Both the position numbers and the translations under genes were made by a program. The notes beneath the pieces are model-generated. The model searched no databases, was not told where the DNA came from, and worked only from the letters and a program-made list of their open reading frames with translations. A stretch of 64,000 bases of DNA from a virus (lineage: Duplodnaviria; Caudoviricetes), in the IMG/VR virus record IMGVR_UViG_2599185359_000001, positions 1-64,000 of that record, one strand, 5' to 3'. Below are positions 42,592-52,321 of the stretch, in pieces (position 1 is the first letter of the stretch; each line of letters starts with the position of its first letter).

Positions 42592-43487
42592 CAGAAGTTC
42601 CCCTTCTCGGCCATGATGCTGCTGATGCCGTCTTCGCCGACCATCGCAACGAAGTCCGAGAAGAACTGCGGCGCATGGGAGCGGGCGGACTCGAGGATCA
42701 CCGGCGCCAGGCGACGGATTTCGAGGTCGGCAGGCTCAGCGCCGCGGATCGAAAGAATGTGGCGGAGCGAGCGAAGGTTGGCGGTGAAGATCAGTCGCGT
42801 CTCGGCGGCATTGGGAAGAAGCGACCGGGCTGCCTCGTTCGCGCGCTTCTTCAGCGACACGATGGCATTCTCCTTCGCGCCGGCGGCCTGCATTGCGCGC
42901 AGGCGGGCGACGAACTGCTCCTGCAGCGCGACATATTCACGCAGGGAGTTGTTGCACGAACGGCGGAAGATCGTGAGTTCGGGATCGGCCTCGAGTTCCT
43001 CGGGCGTCATGCCCTCCAGGTGGTAGGCGAGGAGCGGCGGCAAGACGAAGCGAATGTTCTTCGCATCGACATAGCGCTGGCTCTCTTGGCTGTAGGCGAC
43101 TCCGACGCGGTGACGCAAAAGTTCGTGGGTCAGGGATCGCGAGACGCCGGAGATCAGGAAGCAAAGGCTGACATGCTCGTAGATCGAGCCGTGCCGCTGC
43201 TCCTTGATATTCAAATGATAGGCGGTCGAGTCGCGACCCTTCTCGAATGAATTGTAGCACTGGCGGCCAGCAAACTCGGCGATGTCATCACCGTTGCCGC
43301 CAAACTCGGCGTCGGGCACTGCGAAGGTGCGGCCCATGATTCCGCCGATGGGCGACGCGGCATTTGCGGCGGCATCTTCGACGTCGAGCTGGCTGACGGC
43401 GTCTTCCAGGCCAGAAAGACTGAAAACGGTTCCGGCGAACTTGGAAACGGCCGGATTGAATACGATTTTATCCATCGAAATGGGCAT
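42591..43487 (-). CDS. thyX: FAD-dependent thymidylate synthase
   Basis: HGSIYEH, THELLRHR...SQESQRY, ARSLLPN, EIR. Confidence 0.95.
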   Translation of the reverse strand: MPISMDKIVFNPAVSKFAGTVFSLSGLEDAVSQLDVEDAAANAASPIGGIMGRTFAVPDAEFGGNGDDIAEFAGRQCYNSFEKGRDSTAYHLNIKEQRHGSIYEHVSLCFLISGVSRSLTHELLRHRVGVAYSQESQRYVDAKNIRFVLPPLLAYHLEGMTPEELEADPELTIFRRSCNNSLREYVALQEQFVARLRAMQAAGAKENAIVSLKKRANEAARSLLPNAAETRLIFTANLRSLRHILSIRGAEPADLEIRRLAPVILESARSHAPQFFSDFVAMVGEDGISSIMAEKGNF

Positions 43488-43573
43488 GAGCTTGTTTGAC
43501 CCCTATGCTCTCTACTTGCGACTCGTGTGTGTCACTGCGCACAACCTCTGTAAGAAGCTTCGACAGGTAACGC

Positions 43574-43624
43574 AAACAAAAATGTGTCGGGCAACACGGT
43601 TTTCACCAGTGTTGCCCGACACAT
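43574..43624 (-). terminator. Terminator after nrdB
   Basis: 16-bp inverted repeat (43582-43597 / 43609-43624) then a T-rich run on the minus strand. Confidence 0.7.
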
Positions 43625-43645
43625 GCAGGACGCAAATGATACGGT

Positions 43646-44599
43646 CTAGAACGCTTCGCCCCACTCGCCTTCGGTTGCTGCGCGGCTGTAAGCCGTGCCC
43701 TGCTGCTCGAAGAAATTGGCGTGCTCGACGCCCGAAGCCTGGGTGTCGAACCACGGCAGATACTTGGCGTCGTCGTAGATGGGGAGCTCGCCGAGCTGCC
43801 GGAGGCGGATGTTCGCGACGTTACGGATATGGGCCTTGAACTCGTCCTTGGCGACGCCCGGCATATCGCCGTGCTGGTGCACCAAGTCGATGAAGGCGTC
43901 CTCCATCCGCACCGATTCACGGCACGTCTCGATGTTCTTGCGGGACAGCCGCTCGCGGTCGATCTCACCAGCCTTCTCGCGCAGGTAGGTGTGATAGAGC
44001 CACATGATGCCTTCGCAATGCAGGCTCTCGTCCCGGACCGACCAGCTGACGATCTGACCCATGCCCTTCATCAGGTTGTGTCGCGGCAGGTTGAGCAGCA
44101 TCGCGAAGCTGGCGAAGAGCATCAGACCCTCGCCGAAGCCGGACACGCCTGCGAGCGACGCGGCCACCTCTTCGGGATTGTTCGGGTTGAAGCTGTGCAT
44201 CCAGTCATGCTTCGCCTTCATCTCGGTGTAGTCGAGGAAGGCATGATACTCGCTCTCGGGCAGGCCGAGCGTGGTCATGAGGTGGCTGTAAGCGTCGATG
44301 TGCACCGTCTCCATGTTGGAGAAGGCGCTCAGCATCATCTGCACCTCGGTGGGCAGGAAGATGGTCTGGTAGAGCTTGTGGTAGCACTTGTGGACGTCAA
44401 TGTCGGCCTGGACGAACATGCGGAAGATCCACGTCAGCGTGTCGCGCAGTTTCGGATCCAGCTTGGCCCAGTCACGGACGTCCTGACCCATCGGCACCTC
44501 GGCCGCGAGCCAATGCACCTGCTGCTGTCGCTTCCAGAACTCATAGGCCTGCGGGTACTGGAACGGTCGGTATGCCTTGCTCGGGAGGATTAGGGACAT
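43646..44599 (-). CDS. nrdB: Ribonucleotide reductase class I beta subunit
   Basis: HW...E, METVHIDAY (radical Tyr), DESLH, NFFE. Confidence 0.95.
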   Translation of the reverse strand: MSLILPSKAYRPFQYPQAYEFWKRQQQVHWLAAEVPMGQDVRDWAKLDPKLRDTLTWIFRMFVQADIDVHKCYHKLYQTIFLPTEVQMMLSAFSNMETVHIDAYSHLMTTLGLPESEYHAFLDYTEMKAKHDWMHSFNPNNPEEVAASLAGVSGFGEGLMLFASFAMLLNLPRHNLMKGMGQIVSWSVRDESLHCEGIMWLYHTYLREKAGEIDRERLSRKNIETCRESVRMEDAFIDLVHQHGDMPGVAKDEFKAHIRNVANIRLRQLGELPIYDDAKYLPWFDTQASGVEHANFFEQQGTAYSRAATEGEWGEAF

Positions 44600-44737
44600 G
44601 TCAGTGGCTCCCCAGGTACTGGGCGAGCGAAACGCCGACATAGACGAACGTGCCGAGCGTCAGGACGCCGGCAATCCCGCATGCGACGAACGCCGCGGCC
44701 ATGCCGAACTTGAAGGATTTGGGCACTGTTGCTCCTG

Positions 44738-45367
44738 TTAGTTGATGGCGGCCCTGATCGGCCGCGCATTGTTGGGGTGGATGTATCGGATGGGGGCGAG
44801 GGTGCCGGCGGGCTTCGCCCAGTCCCAGACGAACCAGGCGTAGCTGTGCCGCGGCGAGCCCTTCGAACCTTCTATGAAGCGCGGGCGCTTGGTGACGCAC
44901 ACCTTCATTGCGTATGCCGGGTGGCCTTCGAACAGATCGGGCCGGTCCTCGGAGCTCATATCCCACTCGTTGCGCAGGAACATGGCCACCGATCCGCCGC
45001 GGGGCCGCATCAGCTCCAGCGCCTTCCGCACGAACGCCTCCGCTAGATCAGCGAACGGCGGATTGGTGATGATCATATTGACCCCGCGGGGCGTCACGTC
45101 CGCACGCAGGAAGTCGATGCCGCCGCGCCCATAGCCGCGATCATGCAGATCGGTGCTGTAGACGCTGGCGGTGGTCACCTTGAGGAGCCGCTTGCTGATG
45201 TGGCCCTCGCCGCAAGCCGGCTCCCATATGACGCGCTTCGACAGGTCGACGAAGTGAGCGAGGCAGTCGACGTTCTCCGGCGGCGTGGGGTAAAAGTCCC
45301 CCTCGCGTCGCTCGTAGACCACCTGGCCCAGCATAGCGCCGTCCCGGTGCGCTGCCTCGCTCAGCAT
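44738..45367 (-). CDS. Orphan amino-methyltransferase located between nrdA and nrdB
   Basis: DFYPTP, WEPACGEG, IITNPPF, YAWFVW. Confidence 0.85.
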   Translation of the reverse strand: MLSEAAHRDGAMLGQVVYERREGDFYPTPPENVDCLAHFVDLSKRVIWEPACGEGHISKRLLKVTTASVYSTDLHDRGYGRGGIDFLRADVTPRGVNMIITNPPFADLAEAFVRKALELMRPRGGSVAMFLRNEWDMSSEDRPDLFEGHPAYAMKVCVTKRPRFIEGSKGSPRHSYAWFVWDWAKPAGTLAPIRYIHPNNARPIRAAIN

Positions 45368-45691
45368 CAGCTCTGCGCCGCCAGATCGGCGTTGAAGCGG
45401 TCGACGATCTTGAGGGCGTCGGTGCGGTTCGAGAGCGCAACGTGCATGCTGCGTTTGACGCCGCGCGAGCGCGCAGTCGGTTGCGGCGTGATGTGGGGAT
45501 TGCTCACCGCGCCGGCCGCATCGACGATATCGAAGCTGTGATGATTGTGGTCACGGATCGACCAGGGGCCAGTGCCCGGCAGCTCGACGTGTCCCAACCC
45601 CTCGATGAGAGTTGCGGGCAGATCAGTCATATGATTCTCTCTCTGTTGGTGCGCGTGTGCGTTAAGACACACACGCGCACAGATCAAGCGT

Positions 45692-47725
45692 TTACTGGCA
45701 GGACTCGCAGACCGGCTCGTCGATGTAGACGGGGCCGGCTGGCGCTGCCTCGATGTGGGCCTGCGGCATCTCGCCGGCCTGATTGCCGATCGCCATCGCC
45801 TTCGAGGCGGACTTCGACCGGAGGTAGTAGAGGCTCTTCACGCCCTGCTCGTAGGCATAGCGATGGATCTCCACGAGGTCCTTCTTGTGCACCGTCGACG
45901 GCAGATAGATGTTCAGCGACTGCGACTGGCAGATGAACGGCGTCCGCATCGCGTGATGCTTCACCACCCAACGCTGGTCGATCTCGAAGGCGGTCTTGTA
46001 GTTCGCCTTCTCGAGACGGCAGAAGTAGGCGAGGTGCTGCACCGAGCCGTCATTGACGGTGATCGATGCCCACTGCGCCTCTACCCACTCTTGCTCGCTT
46101 TGCTCTTCGACGCCGCGGAACATGGGCTGCTCGCGCAGCAGCACCGCGACCGTCTTGTTGGCGGCTGCCAGGCTGTCACGCAGCTGGTGGTAGCGCCGAC
46201 GCAGCTGGGCATCGAGGTACTTGTTCCGCACATTGAACGAGCCGGAAAGCGTCTTCTGGGTGTAGCTGTTCGCCGGGATCGGCTCGCCGCAGGCGCTGGC
46301 GCCGCCGCAGATGATCGAGATCGAAGCCGTGGGGGCGATCGAGAAGCGGTTCGTCAGGCGCCGCGGCTTGACGGACGGGTCGAGCTGGCGGGCGTCCGCG
46401 GAGTCAGGGTTCTCGCCGCGCTCGCGGACGAGCTGCTCATCGGCTTCGTCGGCCTCGGCCTTCATGAACTCCCAGAAGCTCATGTTCTCCTTCTCGGCCG
46501 CGACGCTCTCGAAGGGGATCTCCTTCGACTGGAGGTAGCTGTGGAAGCCCATCATGCCCAGGCCGACCGAGCGCTCGCGCATCGCCGAGTAGCGGGCTCG
46601 CTCGAAGCCCACCATGCCGGCGGTCTGCGCGATGAACTCGGTGAGCACGTTGTCGAGGAAGCGCAGGACGTTCAGCACGAGCTTCTTCTCGCCGCGCCAC
46701 TGATCCCAGGTTTCCATGTTCATGGACGAGAGGCAGCACACCGCGGTGCGCCAGTTGCCGAGGTGATCCTCGCCGGTGGGCAGCGTGATCTCGGAGCACA
46801 GGTTGGACTGCACGACCTTCAGGCCGAGCACCTTTTGGATCTCGGGGAGCATGCTGTTCACACGGTCCGAGAAGACGATGTACGGCTCGCCCAGCTCAAG
46901 GCGCGCGGTCACCAGCTTGATGAACAGCGCACGGGCATCGACCGTCTTGATGACGGCGCCGGTCTTGGGGCTCTTCAGCTCCCAGACACGCTCTTCCTGC
47001 GTTTCGAGCCATACCTTGTCCATGAAGGCGTCGGGCACCATCACGCCGTGGTGGATGTTGTGCGCCTTGCGCCGCTGATCGCCGCCCTGGTGCCGGCGGA
47101 TGTCGATGAACTCTTCGATCTCCGGGTGGGCGAGGTCGAGGTAGACGGCCGCCGAGCCGCGGCGCAGCGAGCCCTGGCTGATCGCCTCGGTCTGAGCGTC
47201 CTGCCAGCGGACGAACGGAACGATGCCGCTGGTGGTGCCGGTGATCGAGCCGCCAATGGGCTCGTCGATCGAGCGCACGTCGCCCCAGAACGTGCCGATG
47301 CCGCCGCCCATCGCCGCGAGCCAGATGTTCTCGTGCACGCCCTGGGCGATCGACGTCATGCTGTCGCCGATGCGGTTGAGGAAGCAGCTGATCGTCAGGC
47401 CGCGCTTGGTGCCGCTGTTCGAAAGGATCGGCGTTGCCGGCATGAAGTAGAGGCGCGAGATGGCGTCATACATGACCTGGGCGTGGCCGGTCTTCTCGCC
47501 GCGCACGACTTCATCGGAGTTGGCGCAGGCGACGCGGGCGAACAGATCCTGGTAGCTCTCGCCCGGCAGGAGGTAGCGGTCGCGCAGGGTCGCCTTGCCG
47601 AACTCGGTCAGCAGTGCGTCGCGGCTGTCGTCGATGGTGATCGACACGAGGGCGCTGGCCTCGGTCGGGTAATGGTAGACGCGAGTGGTCGCGCCCGGCG
47701 CTTGCGTGTCCGCAGCATCCGTCAT
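45692..47725 (-). CDS. nrdA: Ribonucleotide reductase class I alpha subunit (no ATP cone apparent)
   Basis: PATP, SCFL, GGGIG, SNLCSE, APTAS, SLYY, C-terminal CESC; SD AGGAG before 47725. Confidence 0.95.
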   Translation of the reverse strand: MTDAADTQAPGATTRVYHYPTEASALVSITIDDSRDALLTEFGKATLRDRYLLPGESYQDLFARVACANSDEVVRGEKTGHAQVMYDAISRLYFMPATPILSNSGTKRGLTISCFLNRIGDSMTSIAQGVHENIWLAAMGGGIGTFWGDVRSIDEPIGGSITGTTSGIVPFVRWQDAQTEAISQGSLRRGSAAVYLDLAHPEIEEFIDIRRHQGGDQRRKAHNIHHGVMVPDAFMDKVWLETQEERVWELKSPKTGAVIKTVDARALFIKLVTARLELGEPYIVFSDRVNSMLPEIQKVLGLKVVQSNLCSEITLPTGEDHLGNWRTAVCCLSSMNMETWDQWRGEKKLVLNVLRFLDNVLTEFIAQTAGMVGFERARYSAMRERSVGLGMMGFHSYLQSKEIPFESVAAEKENMSFWEFMKAEADEADEQLVRERGENPDSADARQLDPSVKPRRLTNRFSIAPTASISIICGGASACGEPIPANSYTQKTLSGSFNVRNKYLDAQLRRRYHQLRDSLAAANKTVAVLLREQPMFRGVEEQSEQEWVEAQWASITVNDGSVQHLAYFCRLEKANYKTAFEIDQRWVVKHHAMRTPFICQSQSLNIYLPSTVHKKDLVEIHRYAYEQGVKSLYYLRSKSASKAMAIGNQAGEMPQAHIEAAPAGPVYIDEPVCESCQ

Positions 47726-47797
47726 GAAGGGGTTACTCCTAGGGTTGAACGTCGAGGGGATTGTATCAGACGTGTGTGTGTCGGTCGACACATTGCA

Positions 47798-48406
47798 TTA
47801 AGAAATAAGAGCCGCCATCATCCCCGCGAGCTGACGGAATTGTTCGCTGGCGATCGCCGCCTGCACGCCGGAGATGGCGTCGGCCTGGTGCTCCATGTCC
47901 TTGAGGATGTAGCCGCCGCGGTGCTCGATCTCGAACTCGTTCTTCCGGGGACCGACTCCCCACTCGACCGGACTGTCCGTGCGTTCGGTGAGGGCCAGCG
48001 CCCAGCGCATGATGTCCTCCTTGTCGGCAGTCTTCGAGCCTACCGAAGCCATCTTCACCTCAGCCGGGCTGACCTCGATCAGCGGAATGGTGAGCGATGC
48101 GAGAATGCCGATCGCGATACCGAACGCGCTCGCTGCGTTCGCGCTCTGACCGCCAGACGGTACCTCAGCAGCACCAACCCTGATCTGGTGCTGTGCGATC
48201 ACCTCGCGCAGCTTGACCGCGTGAGCGCGTGCGCGGTGCATCTTGTCGCTCGAACTGCGAACCTGCTTGTTCTTGGTCTTCTCGGTCTTGATGGTGCTCA
48301 TCTCGAGGACGCGGATGATCTTCCGGGTCTCCGTGCACACCTCGCACACCGCATAGCCGGTGTGCGTGAGGCTGGGATCGATGCCCAGCATTCGAATGAT
48401 TGTCAC
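47798..48406 (-). CDS. RuvC-like Holliday junction resolvase
   Basis: GIDPSL.HTG, AE, VSPAEVK, K, HQADA. Confidence 0.85.
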   Translation of the reverse strand: MTIIRMLGIDPSLTHTGYAVCEVCTETRKIIRVLEMSTIKTEKTKNKQVRSSSDKMHRARAHAVKLREVIAQHQIRVGAAEVPSGGQSANAASAFGIAIGILASLTIPLIEVSPAEVKMASVGSKTADKEDIMRWALALTERTDSPVEWGVGPRKNEFEIEHRGGYILKDMEHQADAISGVQAAIASEQFRQLAGMMAALIS

Positions 48407-48545
48407 TGCTTCCTCTTGAGCGCGAGGTGAGGGCAGCCGCCGGAATACAGGCGGCAGTTAAGCGGCGTCTTCGTCCCGCCGGCTGCGTGGTGCGTCTTGG
48501 CGGCCTCGACGATGCGTGCGGGTGCGCCGCAAGGGGCGCAGCTCA

Positions 48546-49091
48546 TCAGAACTGGCCCCATAGGGGGTTGGATTGATCGATGCTGTTCGTCACCTGCTCT
48601 TTCTTATCCTGCTGGGCGACCACAAAGCCCTCTGAGAGGATCTTGTGCATCGCCGCGTTCTTCTTGATCGCATCGACCACGGCTGCCTGGATGTCGGCGA
48701 CCTTGGCGCCGTCCAGGTAACTCTCGACCCGCTCAGCCAGGTCGCCGAAGCAGTTGATGATGTCATCCCAGGCCAGCTCGATCCATTCGACCGGACCCTT
48801 GTCGCAGACCCATTCGCCGTCGACCGGCATGACGAAGATGAGCCCGTCGCGTTTGCCGAGCCGGATCTCCTTCGCGTTGACGCGCGTACCGGTCGGCACG
48901 CTATGCCGGCGGTACCCCTTCTCCTTCACAGCGCACGCGCAGAGGATCGGGAGCTCGACAGGGTAGGGGCCGTGGACACTCGCCCGGGCGAAGGCCGCGG
49001 CCAGCTTGACCAAATCCTTCACCGTCGAGGTATTTGCGGCCTTGGAGATCATGTCGGCGGTCACCTGGACCGCCGGTGCTTTCTTGCTCAT
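48546..49091 (-). CDS. Hypothetical protein ending NPLWGQF
   Basis: SD GAGG; lies within the core replication block. Confidence 0.75.
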   Translation of the reverse strand: MSKKAPAVQVTADMISKAANTSTVKDLVKLAAAFARASVHGPYPVELPILCACAVKEKGYRRHSVPTGTRVNAKEIRLGKRDGLIFVMPVDGEWVCDKGPVEWIELAWDDIINCFGDLAERVESYLDGAKVADIQAAVVDAIKKNAAMHKILSEGFVVAQQDKKEQVTNSIDQSNPLWGQF

Positions 49092-49101
49092 TGTGCCTCG
49101 T

Positions 49102-51078
49102 TCAGATGATGCTGACGCTTGCCCGGCCGCCCGACTTCTCCACCTGGATCGTCTTGCGCGCGTAGGCCGCGATGTCGTTGTGGCTGATGACCAGGACAGT
49201 GCCGCGGTCGCGGGCCTTCTCTTCGAGCACGCCCATGAGGCGTTCGAGGCCGGCTGCGTCGAGTGCGTCGTCGATCTCGTCGCCCAACCAAAGCTCAAGG
49301 CTCTTGGTCGCCCGGGTTGCGACGAGATCCTGGAGCGCGAGCGCGCATGCGAGCCGCGCCTTGCGCTTCTCGCCGCCCGACAGGTTGTTGAAGCTCGGCG
49401 CGCTGCCCGGCTTCTCCACCGTCACCGAGAACTTCTCGACCAGCTGGCCCTTCTTCGTCTCGGAAAGCGTGGTCCAGAATGCATCGATCGCGCCGTCCGA
49501 CAGGCTGCCGAGATAGTGTGCGGTCCGCTCGTTGAGGAAGGGCGTTGCCTCGTCCAAGCGATGGGCACGGACGCCGGCAGGCGCGAAGACGCCAGCAACA
49601 GCCTCGGCGTAACCAAGCTCTTCGGCCGCCTTCAGCAAAGACCCCTTGGACTTTTCGAGCTCGGCGGCGCGCGCGACGACCGTGTCGTCGGCATCCTTCA
49701 GCATCTTGTTGAATGGGTTCTCGGCCGCAGCCTCATCCTTCCAACGCTTGCCGATGGTTTGGGCAGCGACGCGCAGGCGCTCGACTTCGGTTCGCGCCGC
49801 CTGGGCGATCTGAAGCTCGCGCTGCAGATTCTTCAGGCGAGCGCCCTCGGCTGACACGTCGGTCATGCTGGCGCGATGATCGTCCAGATCCTTCTGGGCG
49901 GCGGTGACCGCACGCTCGAATGCAGCGACCTTCGACTTGGCGGCGTCACGGTGAGCGATGCACTTGTCTCGGTCGGCCCTCTGCGCCTTGAGCTTGGTCT
50001 CGGCGTTGGCGATCGCGTCGGCGAGATGCTCCTCCTCCAGCGGACGACCGCAATCATCGCACGGCTGCCCCACGCCGTTCTTGGTCCGCTCCAGCGCCGC
50101 TTCCGCCGCGGAAACGGATCGATCAGCTGCCGCGGCAGTCGTTTCTTCGGACGCCAACCGGCGCTGGATTTGCGCAAGCGCCGACTGCGCCTGCGTAAGG
50201 TCGGCCGCGAGGTCACGCTCGCGCGCGACTTCGGACTGCACGGCTTCGATCTTCTCCTGCGCATCGACGATGTCTTCGCGGACCTTCTTCAGGCCATCAT
50301 CGTCGAGCTCGGCCTTCGCCGTCTGGAACGCCTTCACAGCGGCGCCGGTCTGCGTCTTGAGCCCAGCGATCTTCGTGACCTGATCGGTGTCCCATTGTGT
50401 CTTCTGGTCGTTCAGACGCTCTACAGACGCGAGCGCGTCGCGGTGACGCTCGGTTGCTCGGTCGAATGCGATTTGCGCTTGTGCGCGCGTCTCAGCGACC
50501 TTGCGCATGCGTTCGCGCGCGATCTCATACGCCCCGGCGAGCACGTCAACGCCGGCGGCCTGCTCCACGAGGAGCTTCAGCTGACGGTCCGTCATGCGGG
50601 GGATGTCGGGCATCATTTCCTGCCCCGAGTAGACAGCGGCGTTGAACACTTCCTCGGAGCAGCCGAGCAAGCGCTCGATCGCCTTCTGGGTGAGGGCAGT
50701 GGTCCCCTTCGTCGCGTCAATCCATTCGCCGGTCGCGGCGTCATGGTGCGCGAGGTTGAGGCTATTCTTGCCCTTCGGGTGCTTCCGGTAGCGGGTGACC
50801 CGCCAGAAATCGCCGTCGTCATCGATGGTGATCGACACGAGGGCGCCCTTGCCGACGATGGTATTGACGATGTCGTCGCCCGAGACGCCGCGCGCCGTCG
50901 AGCCCCACAGGCACCAGCTGATCGCATCGCCGATGGAGCTCTTGCCAGATCCGTTGCTGTCGGCGCTGGTCTCGTCGTTGTTGATGCCCGAGATGTGCGC
51001 CAGGCCGAGCGTGTCGAGGCTCAGCTTAGCCTCGCCGATCGCGAGCACGTTCTCGATCTGAACGTCGGTGAATTTCAT
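49102..51078 (-). CDS. SbcC/Rad50-like ATPase
   Basis: NGSGKSS, CDDC hook, LSGGE, WLGDE, ISH. Confidence 0.92.
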   Translation of the reverse strand: MKFTDVQIENVLAIGEAKLSLDTLGLAHISGINNDETSADSNGSGKSSIGDAISWCLWGSTARGVSGDDIVNTIVGKGALVSITIDDDGDFWRVTRYRKHPKGKNSLNLAHHDAATGEWIDATKGTTALTQKAIERLLGCSEEVFNAAVYSGQEMMPDIPRMTDRQLKLLVEQAAGVDVLAGAYEIARERMRKVAETRAQAQIAFDRATERHRDALASVERLNDQKTQWDTDQVTKIAGLKTQTGAAVKAFQTAKAELDDDGLKKVREDIVDAQEKIEAVQSEVARERDLAADLTQAQSALAQIQRRLASEETTAAAADRSVSAAEAALERTKNGVGQPCDDCGRPLEEEHLADAIANAETKLKAQRADRDKCIAHRDAAKSKVAAFERAVTAAQKDLDDHRASMTDVSAEGARLKNLQRELQIAQAARTEVERLRVAAQTIGKRWKDEAAAENPFNKMLKDADDTVVARAAELEKSKGSLLKAAEELGYAEAVAGVFAPAGVRAHRLDEATPFLNERTAHYLGSLSDGAIDAFWTTLSETKKGQLVEKFSVTVEKPGSAPSFNNLSGGEKRKARLACALALQDLVATRATKSLELWLGDEIDDALDAAGLERLMGVLEEKARDRGTVLVISHNDIAAYARKTIQVEKSGGRASVSII

Positions 51079-51253
51079 CGCGTTTCCTTCTCGATAAGGG
51101 AGGCTACCCGCTTCGTGATGCCTGGTTTGCCCTTCAGGCTTTGGAGGAGCGCCCTGCGGTTCCTGCGTGGGCTGGGATTGATGACCGGGCAGAACTCCGG
51201 CTCCCAGGTGTGATGGTGGCTGCCGCCGCAGCACGGGCAGGGCGGAACCTCCA

Positions 51254-52309
51254 TCACTCAGCTCCGACCATGCGGGCTTCGCGCAGCACATCCAGCGCAT
51301 CGACGGCGATCCGCTTCTTGGACAGCTTGCCGGCGTCCAGGTGCTTTGCGACGTAGGAGGCGACGGACACCTCGAGTGTGACATTCTTCGTGCCAGTCGA
51401 CTGTCCACGCGTGACTTCGCGCTTCTTGGAGCTGTGATCCACCCAGGCGAGCGCTCCAGCCTGCTTCAGCGCTTCGCGAGCGCTGGTGAGGGTGTCAGCG
51501 TCAGCATCCTTGAGACGAAGGCGCACATAGTTGCCGTTGACCGCGTCGACATCGATCTCGGCGACATCGTCGATATTGACGAACTTCGGCGCCAGGCTTT
51601 CGTGAAACTCGACGCTGGTCGGGTCGACGATGAGGAAGCCGGCGAGGGTGCCGGGATCGCTCCAGGTCTGATGCGTCGTTGCACCGATCGAATAGACGCC
51701 GGGAGCCGGCTGCTGGTGGTGGTGGTAGTGCCCGATGAATACGCGGCGATAGCCCCACGCCTTCACCTCGGCCGGGTCGAGCCCGTGGTCGGGCAGGCCT
51801 TTGATGACGCCGTTCAGCGGCGCGTGAATGATGAGATCGCGCTCCGGGTCGGCACTGGCCTTGCAGACCTCCCGGAGCTCGTTCAGGTCCTCGATCCAGG
51901 GGACCATCATCACCTGCTCATCGTCGGCGGTGTCGATCAGGGTGGAGTTGGTGACCGCGGTGAAGCCGTCGAGCTCGTCGAGCGCCTGCATGGCGTTGCC
52001 GAGCGCCGAGGCGTGCTTCCCCTTGAGATCGTGGTTGCCCGCGAGCGCCCAAACGGACACGCCCTTAGCGATGATCCGCTTGAAGCAGGCGATGACGGGG
52101 TTCTGGACCTCGGGGTCGATCTTGCCGCGGACGTGGTAAAGATCGCCGCCGAGGAACAGATCCTTGCCTCCGGCCGCCAGCACCGCGTCAGCGCTACGCT
52201 CGAGTTCGCCCAGGATGATTGCCAGGCGGGTGTTCACGCCGTCCGCGTTGGTGGTAGCGAAAGCGGACCATTCGTGCGCGTGCTGGTCGCTGCTGAGGCC
52301 GTAGGGCAT
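51254..52309 (-). CDS. SbcD/Mre11-like nuclease
   Basis: SDQH, GGDLYH, GNHD, GHYH. Confidence 0.92.
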   Translation of the reverse strand: MPYGLSSDQHAHEWSAFATTNADGVNTRLAIILGELERSADAVLAAGGKDLFLGGDLYHVRGKIDPEVQNPVIACFKRIIAKGVSVWALAGNHDLKGKHASALGNAMQALDELDGFTAVTNSTLIDTADDEQVMMVPWIEDLNELREVCKASADPERDLIIHAPLNGVIKGLPDHGLDPAEVKAWGYRRVFIGHYHHHQQPAPGVYSIGATTHQTWSDPGTLAGFLIVDPTSVEFHESLAPKFVNIDDVAEIDVDAVNGNYVRLRLKDADADTLTSAREALKQAGALAWVDHSSKKREVTRGQSTGTKNVTLEVSVASYVAKHLDAGKLSKKRIAVDALDVLREARMVGAE

Positions 52310-52321
52310 AGGATCCGATCC

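Noticed and set aside
45755-48430. 891-aa plus-strand ORF
   Set aside because: Antisense shadow of nrdA/ruvC caused by GC3 bias; no recognisable motifs
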